DNA of 64,000 nucleotides from Pavona decussata (Eukaryota): NCBI GenBank assembly GCA_977016875.1, contig CDRNST010000213.1, positions 992,001 to 1,056,000 of the forward strand, read 5' to 3'. Shown piece by piece: positions 38,801 to 49,100 of this stretch (position 1 is its first letter; each line of letters starts with the position of its first letter). The notes under the pieces were generated by a model. It saw only the letters and a program-made list of their open reading frames with translations, ran no database searches and was not told where the DNA came from. The position numbers and the translations under genes were made by a program.

Positions 38801-40084
38801 TGAAATCACACGTATGATTTCAGGCCGAATGGCACTCCACTCAGTTCAATTACCGTTATAAATGAAACATTTCTGATTCTTAGTACTGCTCATGAAAAGT
38901 TACCAAAATAAATTTTTATTTAACAATTATTCGCCTCATGCTCAGTAAACGTTGGTGAATTCCCCTCGACTTTGTCTCCGGGAATATTCATCAATATTTA
39001 CTGAGCCTGAGAGGAATAATTGTTTTAGTATAATTTATCAGGTGATTATCAGAGAAAAACAAGTACAGTTCGAAAAGTGTCAAATTTGTTTGCTTGTTTG
39101 CGTGTTTTGTCACGCGTCAATGAACAGCGATGTGCAGTCTGCCGATCACATGCTCCGTCACAACAAACTACAATAGAGGACAGATGTCCTTGGGACAGTT
39201 GCTGGAATCCTTTCAAATTTGCGTGTTTTACTCTCCCCGTCATTATTATGACCCTTTAGCTACACATCCACCCTCCCCCCTTCCTCCAGGCAATGTGAAA
39301 AGATCTTAGCAAACATCGACACTTATTTTGCTTGCGTAACGCCTAGTTCAACATTGTTTGGGGGGAGGGGGGAATTACTGCGAAGTTTTCTGCTATAGCG
39401 TTGACTGTCCCAGCACTTTCAGCACGCATTGTTGTTTTGTTATAAACTGCCGTCTTTTCTCCATGTTTCTCCTCACTGAAACGTAAACCTTATAGAGACA
39501 TATGTTCACTTCTTTTTCTTCCATGCCTTCAAATTCTGTCTTAATTTCGCTTTCTTGGTGAGACCATTCTGTTAAATAAAGAAAATTTTGCGCGAATCTA
39601 AATTGTTGCTTTCATTTTTAGTTTTATATTGGTATCGACATCGACAACATTTCCAATGAAATTTACAAGGTGGTTTTATTACAATTAGCAAAAATTTCAT
39701 ATTATGCCTTCGAAAAGTGTCGACACTTAGCTGTGGACCTAGCTGCATCTTAAGCGCCTTTCGGAATTGTATTTTCTTCCATCGAATAATACTGCTTCCT
39801 TAGAAACATCAACAAATCGCTAATCTACCATTGTGAAAATCAGTGCTCCGCCTCAATCACCTCGCACGAGGTGATTAAAGCAGGATATAACCCAATCCTC
39901 GACCAATAAGATCAACAGAATCTCTGTAATCACCAAAGTAATTATACTAAAGTTTAATATCTAGAAAAACAACCTATTGTCTTCTACTCTAACACAGGTA
40001 GGCCAGGAAGGTGGACAAACCACATGCACAAACACATGGCACAACGCGACAGCTGATGATCAGCGTGTCTTGATGCATTCGTAA
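26868..40084 (+). CDS. Four-transmembrane MS4A/CD20-like protein, paralogue 2 (4 exons, 212 aa)
   Basis: Exons 26868-27020, 31464-31526, 37835-38170 and 39998-40084 (VGQEGG...LMHS*). All phase 0 and GT-AG. Indels relative to paralogue 1 are in frame (+6 nt in exon 3, -12 nt in exon 4). Confidence 0.85.
27738..29010 (+). mobile_element. Decayed 5'-truncated CR1/L2-type LINE in intron 1 of paralogue 2
   Basis: GVPQGSVLGSLLF, YADDTSL and YLGIYIDSHL remnants with frameshifts. Absent at the paralogous site near 9538. Confidence 0.85.
30406..30686. mobile_element. Short MITE
   Basis: TIRs tagagtggttttcaa / ttggaaaccactcta. Confidence 0.65.
32086..33140 (-). mobile_element. Non-autonomous Crypton-like element, family B
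   Basis: ORF 32676-32876 (RFVSLDKPIDKFIEDQKNKNALSKTRRDVSLLTEFL...IEEIPPKELNE) resembles the Crypton/ZMYM-type recombinase N-terminus. Terminal hairpin at 32090-32245, TATATA on both flanks, internal 79-bp duplication at about 32538-32690. Absent from unit 1. Confidence 0.7.
33535..34656. mobile_element. Kolobok-like non-autonomous DNA transposon (TTAA TSD)
   Basis: TTAA at 33531-33534 and 34657-34660; short TIR ggacgttc / gaacgtcg; empty site near 16730. Contains a ~127-bp tandem duplication at 34007-34265. Confidence 0.75.
34755..37791 (+). mobile_element. Crypton-like element family A copy 2, interrupted by a TTAA element
   Basis: Collinear with 1172-2363 once 35419-37283 is removed. Ends 43 bp upstream of exon 3. 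The site is empty in unit 1 near 16830. Confidence 0.7.
35419..37279. mobile_element. Kolobok-like non-autonomous DNA transposon nested in the Crypton-like element
   Basis: TIRs gggtacttcctgggttcg / cgaacccaggaagtatcc; TTAA at 35415-35418 and 37280-37283; empty site gtgttttaaatcgtcc at 1830-1845. Confidence 0.88.
38514..38861. mobile_element. Short non-autonomous element with terminal hairpin (Crypton-like)
   Basis: Absent from the unit 1 site near 17550; 3' hairpin ggtaattgaac...gttcaattacc. Confidence 0.6.
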
Positions 40085-42022
40085 AGATGTCATTGCTAAG
40101 GTCACATTATGCAGCCCACGAATAAAATAGCTAATGATAAATAATCTTAAATAGCGATGGAGTTTTATGTACGCAGGTTTTCACTTTATTTGTAGTTGTT
40201 AGCATTTTTTTCTTTCGTTCTAGTTTTAAAAGTGGTAACCGTTTTATTCCTAAAAAGAGGAATGTGAATATAAATCTTTTCGCATGAGGAAATGAATTTA
40301 ACTGGTGACGAAGCAAATCAGCATTTTGGTGGTTATTATATACTGCACGTATGTAATTTATTCCAAACGCTGAAATATTACTGTTAAGATGCAATCCATT
40401 AGTTGTCTTTTGACGGTTACACTTTCATAATATAAGTTTTGTACTTGTGCTTTAAACCTTTGTTAATGGTTTACAATAATCTTTGCACTTATTGGTCGGC
40501 TGTTAATATTTAAGGTGGCTGGAACTTGTTTCCATCATTTTCCAGCACTTAAACTTTGACGGATCAATACTCTTTATCAGTTGATGCAACAATAGTGGTA
40601 TCTACCAAATGCCCAAACATGAGCGAACTTTGATAGGTTGTCATAACAACAGTATAACCTGTGTAAGCACTCCTGATTTTACTTGTAAGTGGTTATAACT
40701 CAATAACGAGCTCGATGACCCCATTTTTTATATTAAAACAGTAATTAGTATGTTTAGGTACACCTTTTCGCACAGTTAAAAAATATGTAGGGAAGGGGCT
40801 CAGAGCTACCTTAAATAAATTTTTGGCAGTGTGTACTGTTGGAGCCTGTTAAAATCGGATCATTGCCCAAGAAACAGAATACCCTTGTCAGAATTGTAAC
40901 CGCTCGTGATCACTGCAAGAGGTTAATGCTCGACAAAATTAAAGAGATCTTAACAAGGTGATGTTAGCAAGGCCACTAACAGGTTTCACAATATTGTGCA
41001 CAAATAATTCAAGGAGAGATTTCCTGTAAGACGAGTTAGAACATCGTCAAAAGACACTTCCATTATTTATTTAATACCCTGATTATGTCACTCTTCACAT
41101 ATTGTATGATAGTGTGCGGTGTAGCTTCATATACCAAGTATTGAGCCAAATCAAAAGACCAATAAGAAGCACTCAGATATGGATGCATTCAACATCCTTC
41201 ACCAATCCAGTAGATTATTAATGAAAGTGAAGTAAAATTATAGAACAGTATTATGGGCACTCCTTTAAATCCACTTTCAACCTTCTCCCTGAATGTAGGT
41301 GCCATGCTCTTCGTAACAGGTCACCTCCCTACCAGATCCCACTTGTAATTACAAAAAGGTTTAAGAAATGGTTCATGATGTCTCTACGATTTCTGATTTT
41401 ATTTTAGTATGGTAACTACAATTATTTTAGTTGAGTGCTAATGAGCACATGCCACGTAAGACACTCAAAGTATTTTTAGAATGTTTTGCTGCAATAAAAG
41501 ACCTTTGGAAAGAAATGAGAAGTAATGTTACATTTTTCTTGTGATTTTTACCAAAAAATGCGGCAGTACAGTTGTTGGAGACGGTTTGCTTTTGATTTTT
41601 TATTGTAAACCAACGTAACATACAATAGGATCATCAGTTGAAAAGGTGGTGTAGTATGATTGAAATTGAAGCAAGCCTTCCATGCGAAATGTTGATTTGA
41701 AAAGATCCATCCCAATTTCAGAAAAACTGTTGCGAACCTCCTTAAAAGTGACTATATACTTCAGACCTAACATGAAAACGATTGTGGTGACCCGTTCTTG
41801 GTACAATTTGTTTGTAGTGTTTAACTGTCTCAAATAATATTAGGTAAAAATCGTTCTCTGGTTAAACATTTTAAAACATAAGCTTTCGGCTATCAGTCTA
41901 TAGGCTTTAACGAATTAAGAAATGTAGCGCGTAAACGGAAATATATACAAAAAGGGTGTTAAAATTTGGGAATAAAAGAAGTGTGATAAAAGCTAAAAGA
42001 CAAAAATGGAAATGAGGGCTAA

Positions 42023-44442
42023 TTACAGTAAAATGGAGTATTGCCTAGGCAACGGCTTAGAGTTATTGTCCGCGTCGACAGTTTTTGCTGTGTGCCAGGA
42101 TTCTAATGTTTTTCGAACGCGGTAATCGCCCTTGTCGATAACACAAGCATTGTCAAAATCGATGCAATGATTGTTTTTCCAAGCATGGTTGACAACGTTA
42201 GATCCACTAGAAAAATTCTTCAAATTCCGTTTTATTCCTTTTTGCGTGTTTGGAAACATCTTCCGGTTTCACCGATGTAGTTCCACGAACAGTCTTTACA
42301 TGGAATTTTGTAAACAACATTGCACTGAAGATCCGAGGGTTGTCTGAACTTTGGAGACGGGAATTCTTGCTGAAGGGTTTTTAGTGGTTTGTTGACAACA
42401 CGGATATCATTTTTGCGGAGTAATCTTGTGAGGGGCTCAGTTAGGCCGCTGATGTAGGGGAGGCATGCAAAACCTTGGTACATACTAGATGGATCAACCC
42501 ATTTGAAGAACATAGAAACCAATTCTTCTGGTGGAGGAACTGTAGATGGGGGTGGCTTCTTATTGAGGATGTTAGAGATAACAGCTGATGGGTAACCATT
42601 GGCTTCTAATGCAGCCCTGACATGGTTGGTTTCACGAGTTTTTCCTTCAAGGCTGCTAGGGAGGTTGGATGCCCGGAACAGGAGGGTCGAGGCCGTGCTG
42701 ATTTTGTGTTCTTTTGCATGATGAGAAGAAAAATCCAAGTAACGGTCTGTATGGGTTGGCTTACGAAATATATCAATGACGGCAACTCCATTTCTTCTGG
42801 TAACCAAGGTGTCTAGGAAGGCAATTTGACCGTTCTTTTCATGTTCAATTGTGAAGGAAATTTTGGGATCACAGGCGTTAAGGGTGTCGTGGAACGGAGA
42901 AACCGCGTCCTTCTTGATAACAACAAAGCTGTCGTCAACGTATCGTTTCCAAATCCTTGGTGGGACTGATGAGGTACTGATAGATAAATCCTCAATCACT
43001 TCCATACAGAGGTTAGCAACAATAGGACTAACTGGACTGCCCATAGCACAGCCGTGGATCTGTTTGTATATGCAGTTATTATAAACAAAATAATTGTTTG
43101 AAAGAGTGAAATCAAGCAGGGAAATGATATCATCTGTGCTGAGACTTGTTCTGGATCGTAGTGTATTGTCTTTGTTTAATTTGCTCCGAATGTATTCACA
43201 GGCTTTGTTCACTGGGATAGCTGTGAAGAGCGACACAACATCAAATGAGACCATGACCTCATCATCAGAGATTTCCATATTAGCCACTTCGTTGGCGAAC
43301 TGTGAGGAATTGAGAACAGAATATCCATTGTGATTCTGGATCGGCGATAGAATATCCGAAAAGAACTTGGATGTATTATAAAGGGCAGAGCCAATGGAAG
43401 AGACAATCGGCCGAAGAGGGAAACCCGGTTTGTGGTGTTTTATAGAACCACGGATGGCGGGAGGGGAACCGTCTGTAGAACGGAGTTTGCGATAAGTAAA
43501 TTCATCAATCTTGTTCTGTCTTTTAAGATCGAGGAGTCTGTGGTTCAAATCTTTTTCAATTTTTGAGAATGGTGGCTTGTCGACTAGTTGGTAGGTGTCA
43601 CGGTCAACAAGTAGAGCTTCCATTTTGGTGTCGTAGTCTGTTTTGTCCATAACAACAAAACAGTTCCCTTTATCAGCTTTCATAATCACACGTTCATGGT
43701 CATCTTTAAGGTTCTTTAAGGCTTTCAATTCGGCTTTCGTGATGTTGCTATGTGGTGGAAGTCGGGCTCTGTGGAGCAGGGAGGCAGTGTTGGTTCGTAT
43801 GGCGTCCTTCGAGTCATCGGGAAGGCGGGCGATGGCGGCTTCAACTTCAGAGACAATATCTTTGACAGGGATAGTTCGTGGGGTTGGGGCAAACTTCGGG
43901 CCTTTCTTGAGGAGAGAACGTTCTGCTGGAGAAAGCGGTTTTTGGGATAAATTGATTGCCCAGTTTCGTTTGTTGATCGTAGTAGGGTGGTCGTCAACTG
44001 CTTCTATACTGAGGTTAGTAAACTTGTTCTCATGTCTCGCTTCAATGCTGTTGCGGACTGATTGGGACCTCCTTTTTAGAAATTGTAACAGCGTTGATGA
44101 GGTGTCTTCGGTGACTAAATCTAGCAGTTGGTGTTTGGTTTCTTCGAGTGCTCCCTTCAGAGTTCGAACTTGGTTGTGGCAAATAGCGATTCTTGCTCTC
44201 ATACAATGCTTGCTTGCACGTTCCATAATGTGCTTGAAGATAGGATGGTTTCCAGGTGGCTTAAACCTCAAGGACTTAGGAATCCAGTGGTTATCGATGG
44301 CTTTGTGCGTGAAGTGTAAATGGCGGTGGTGGGCTTCAAGTTTGTAAGTTGTTTTTTCCATCCTTCGCGCTAGTTTTAGGGCTTCCAGCCCAGCCTCTCG
44401 GCGGATACGAGTAAAAATAGAACTGTAACCAGGATAAGACAT
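42023..44442 (-). pseudogene. Penelope RT + GIY-YIG endonuclease ORF with one frameshift near 42235
   Basis: 736-aa ORF with KGPKFAP, KADKG, LRPIV, SFDVVSLFT, GCAMGSP, RYVDD and VVYKIPC..C...YIGETGR. It continues in another frame (42023-42259). The inverted copy at 44851-44918 preserves the intact ...KKEHKRNLK reading. Confidence 0.92.
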
Positions 44443-44482
44443 ATTAGGTAAAAATCGTTCTCTGGTTAAACATTTTAAAACA

Positions 44483-44517
44483 TAAGCTTTCGGCTATCAG
44501 TCTATAGCCTTTAACGA
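44483..44517 (-). ncRNA. Hammerhead-like motif in the Penelope pLTR (variant core)
   Basis: Sense strand cgttaaa-GGCTAT-agactg-ATAGCC-GAAA-gctta: stem II, GAAA and the palindrome AAGCTT are present, but the CUGANGA box is replaced by CGUUAAA. Other copies near 41880-41913 (-) and 44931-44965 (+). Confidence 0.4.
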
Positions 44518-46139
44518 ATTAAGAAATGTAGCGCGTAAACGGAAATATATACAAAAAGGGTGTTAAAATTTGGGAATAAAAGAAGTGTGATAAAAGCTAA
44601 AAGATAAAAATGGAAATGAGGGCTAATTACCGTAAAATGGAGTATTGCCTAGGCAACGGCTTAGAGTTATTGTCCGCGTCGACAGTTTTTGCTGTGTGCC
44701 AGGATTCTAATGTTTTTCGAACGCGGTAATCGCCCTTGTCGATAACACAAGCATTGTCAAAATCGATGCAATGATTGTTTTTCCAAGCATGGTTGGCAAC
44801 GTTAGATCCACTAGAAAAATTCTTCAAATTCTTCAAATTCTTCAAATTCTTGGAACTACATCGGTGAAACCGGAAGATGTTTCCAAACACGCAAAAAGGA
44901 ACATAAACGGAATTTGAAGGGTTTCTTAATTCGTTAAAGGCTATAGACTGATAGCCGAAAGCTTATGTTTTAAAATTTTTAACCAGAGAACGATTTTTAC
45001 CTAATATGTCTTATCCTGGTTACAGTTCTATTTTTACTTGTCTCAAATAAGTTTGATTAGTTTACATCAGTCGGTTAATTTTGTCAATGACGCCTTTAAA
45101 ATGCTGTCCTAATCACAACCTCAGTCTTGCTCTGTAACACGGACACTTCTCTGTTACTGGCTTCATGCATCATCCCGGCTTCCGCGTCCCTATTGAAGAG
45201 GTAGTTCAAATTCGAAATGACTTTTTTAGCAGGCGAAAACAGTAACCAAATTAAGGTGGACTGACCAATAACCGCGAAGGGGCGTCAAGTTTACATCTTG
45301 CGATCTTTTTACCACGTAAAGTATTGCACTTGGCTTATTTGAACTTAAAATGGCCTAAGAAGCTATTGTATCTCCTGGCTCCTGCGTTATTTTTACACTT
45401 TCCGCGACCCGAGCAATACAACCCGCTGATTAATAATTGTTCCTCTTTGCGCGTTGGAACAATGTGTTCGTGGGCAGAAGACTTTATTCTCACAATGCCG
45501 TACTCCAATTATGAGTATAAATATGGGTACTGGTGGAATGTAAGACCGACCTGGAAAATCACTAGCAGGAGTTTGGAATGGACTAACATCCCACCCAGAT
45601 GGATTACCATTACTCAGAAACCGGGAAATTAGCACAGGTGGTATGTACCACACTAGCTCATGAGCAGAATGAGCAGACTCTCCTTTATATTGAAGCTTTA
45701 AAGCAGTAAGGACTGAGTAGAGAGTCTTCGAGTTAAGGCTAGGTGTATTGGTCGTTTAATAGTTCGCAGTACTAAGAGGGGCTAAAATAACAAGAAACGG
45801 AAACCGTGTGACTAATTGAACCTGATTTATTTGTCAATCACGCTTGTGTCACTGTATAACTTTAATTATATCTTAAGATTTGTTATAATTCCTCACTTCA
45901 ACTCCTTCCGTCTTCAAATATTGATCGAAACGTTTAAACTGCAGTTCGTATCTTCTACTTCCATCATTCTATTCTACTTCGATTCTCTTTCTCGTTTGAA
46001 ATATGTTGATGTAGAACTGGTGGAAGTAGCATGGTTTCAAAGTGAAAGTAATTAACAGTGGAAGTTTTTAATCTACCTATTTTTACATTTTATTTCTTCT
46101 TTATAAATCATTTTTTTCTTTTGTACTGTTTTTAATGTT

Positions 46140-49100
46140 TCATGTTTCATGTTTTAGTGTTAGACGAGGTGGCGAGAATGGTACTTTGGACTTGGCTCTT
46201 ACTGGATAATTCTTGCATCTCACATCATCTGGTCCTGTTGGGTAGTTGTCGGTCCAGAATAGATAATGAATCCATACATTCATCTTAGTGTAGATGGATC
46301 GCTGTTAAAATGAGATTTAACAAAAATAGTAAGTAAATTGTTCCCCTGTGAAAGACTGCAATAATCTGGCCCAGCCTCAACTCTTAAGTCTTCAAGACTG
46401 AGAGGCATCTGTGAACTAAATCAAATGGCGGGCCATCTCTTGGCAGATTTACAATATAGACAAAGGATTAATAAATAAGTCAGTTAAACAAGTAATTGAA
46501 CACATTATTACATACTTAATTGAATTTATAAAATGGAAAAAATTCTTGTGTTGCCTTGTCAAGTAATATATTGCAACACTCCCCAGTCTTTGGTTAATCG
46601 AAAATTTAAACAAAATTGATGTCAGTTTTTGTAAAATCAATGTTTCTAAGCAAACAAAAGTTTCTTCTGTACAGTTTTGTTTCTTAGCTAATGAATCTTA
46701 ATTTCCAGAGAGGCGTCTGTGAACTAAGGGGGTGTTCATTATTTGTGGGGAGGGGGGGGGGGGGCTGGCAAATGGGGAAACGGAGCGTTTGGAACTTTTT
46801 GGACCTCCCCAGCTAAGACATGTCAACATTTTTGACCCCCCCCCCCCCCCCCAATGATGCATTTGTTACCAAACCATACTCTCATCCTCCACTTAGCGCT
46901 TTACTCGCCTGCCTTTTGCTTGCTCCACTAGCAGTAGAAGAAACTATTACGTATGTTAATCACTTAATGTGCAGGTTGAAGTGATACAGAGTGTAATCAC
47001 TAGTCTGGAAAATACCACAAGGCAGCTAAAGAAGGTGTTTGTGCAACTGGCAGACACTCAAAAAAAGTAGAGTGAGTAGGAGGCGGAAAGAGGCTAAGAG
47101 GAAGGCAAAACAGAGGAAAGAAAAGAGAAAAAGACTGTGCCAAGCTGCAGTTGTGGAGTCCTTGACTGGGAAAAGTGCAGAAGAAGTTATATTGCCATTG
47201 TCAGATGACATGATCTGCCTGCAAAACACTGACAGCCTTCACCCTTTTACTGAGGGCGGCCTATCTGTTGGTGCAGCCAGTGAAATCCAAACATATCTAA
47301 CTAGAAAATCCATTGAATGAGACCCACTTGCTGTGTAAACTATTGGTGTGAGATTACAATTTGAAATACTCTTTAGCATTGTTGTATCTTATGGTTTGAT
47401 TTACTGTGGTACAAGTACATTAAATGTCATGCAGTTCCGGAGGAAAAAACCCAAAGCTAATGATATCAACCTTAAAACTTTTTTGTCCCCCCCTCTTCCC
47501 CAGATCCAGAGTAAAACCTTTCTGATCCCCCCTAAATAGGGGAGTAAACTTCGCTTGCCCCCCCCCCCCCCCCCCCCGCTCCCCATAAATGATGAACACT
47601 CCCTTAAATCAAATGGCGGGCAATTTCTTGGCAGATGTACAATGTAGACAAAGAAATAAATAAGTAAGTTAAACAAAAAACATTAAATTTATAAAATGAA
47701 AATAACTTTATGTGTTGCCTTGTCAAGTATATATTGTAACACGTGATTGAATGATTGAACTAGATATATGAATTAATCGGCGCATTATGATGAGTTAAAT
47801 CCCTCCCAAAAAATATTAGCGTCCTTAAGACTCACATCAAAGTCTTTGCAATTTTTATCCGTTATTTGCGAACTGTTAGGTTGGCAAGCAGCGTTGTTGT
47901 CAATTGGAATTGCAACCTCGTAAGTTCCAAATGGGCTCTTGCATTCCTCTGCTCCAAGAAGTATGTCCTCACAAGGCGAATTGCTCAGGTAATGGCAACA
48001 CATTGGCTGGAAGCGATTGTCGCCTTTTCGCATACAGAAAAGGGAATTACCTGTAATTGCAATGAACTCTCTCAATTGGTGCTAGTGTGGTGTGTTAATT
48101 ATTTTATATCTATATTTGCAAAATGTGCGAGAGATGTGGTTTTGATGTAGCTTCGATGACACAACAAAATTTGTAATCAAAATAAGCAAGCGACTTTATC
48201 GCAGCTCACAGCACTGGCGTTATGGAAACCATACTTTGACTAATCATGACCTCAGTAGAACTGCTGGTGATAGCTGGAAAACCCCTCTGAACCTATCATA
48301 TTTTTACTCTTTACAAAGAGGAAGGAAGAAAGGATATCACCTTTGAATAATAAACAGTTTTGCTTTGTCAATGTCCCGAAAAACCCTTACTTTCCGGGCT
48401 TTTGGAAGCATGAAGTAGTTGTCAAGATCTGCAAGATATGTAATACATACTAGGATGTATATAATATTCGAGCTCTTTCAATGATTGCTGACGACTTGCT
48501 GATTGTTGTGGCTATCGGCTGGCTACCGTAACGTCTACGAAAACAATAATAAAAGACAGTAGAGTTACTTACTGTTCCCTGCCATTTTTTCTTGGTTGCA
48601 TTTAGTGGTATTAGTTATTGCAAAACGGTTGAATTCAAATTTTCGCCAGGATGCCAGTGGCTGACGGAACTCTTTGATCTTCCCTGTTCCATCTCTAAAG
48701 TACGACGCACCCAAATGGCGTAGTTTCAAATAAACCCTCCACGGCATGTTGTTTTTTTCTTGAGTGTTATCTCCGTGAAGCTCAACATACATCTGAAAGG
48801 TAGGAGAGGAAATATTGAAGAGTAAAAGTAATCTTTTGTTAAAGAGGTGAGTACTCTGCGCGCACTGTCGGGTTTTAGCAAAATCCGGCGGCCGACTGCT
48901 AAGCAAAATCGCAATCTGATTGGTTATGCGAGTGCGTTTTAATTCTTGCGGGGTCACCCAACGAGAATATTTAAGAGAAACACTTCAGACATCGTTTCCT
49001 GTTACCAAGACCGTTCGTTGACTTTTATAGGGTATATTTTTGTACGCTAACACAGTTTGATCTGTTAGGAATACATTTCCCCTTGCTAGTAAAGTTTAAG

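Larger units (their letters stand above)
21670..41320 (+). repeat. Tandem segmental duplication, unit 2
   Basis: Homologous to unit 1 in coding and non-coding DNA; differs mainly by unit-specific transposon insertions. Confidence 0.85.
41838..45038 (-). mobile_element. Young Penelope/Poseidon-type retroelement with direct and inverted pseudo-LTRs
   Basis: 12-bp TSD tgtctcaaataa at 41826-41837 and 45039-45050. Direct repeats 41838-42228 and 44442-44831 differ at about 4 positions. Inverted segments at 44851-44918 and 44921-45038. Confidence 0.95.

Noticed and set aside
41340-41835. Decayed coding-like sequence interrupted by the Penelope insertion (continues at 45051-45200)
   Set aside because: Multiple stops and no motif I can assign; possibly an old transposon fragment.
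43643-44347. 234-aa plus-strand ORF
   Set aside because: Antisense shadow of the Penelope ORF with no recognisable motifs.
45324-45653. Small protein-coding gene between the Penelope element and the minus-strand gene
   Set aside because: Short overlapping ORFs on both strands, no splice partners or motifs; looks like repeat-derived DNA.
47785-47835. Gene ending at VSLKDANIFWEGFNSS*
   Set aside because: A consensus GTGAGT donor at 47835 and an in-phase terminal exon at 46301-46140 fit better.
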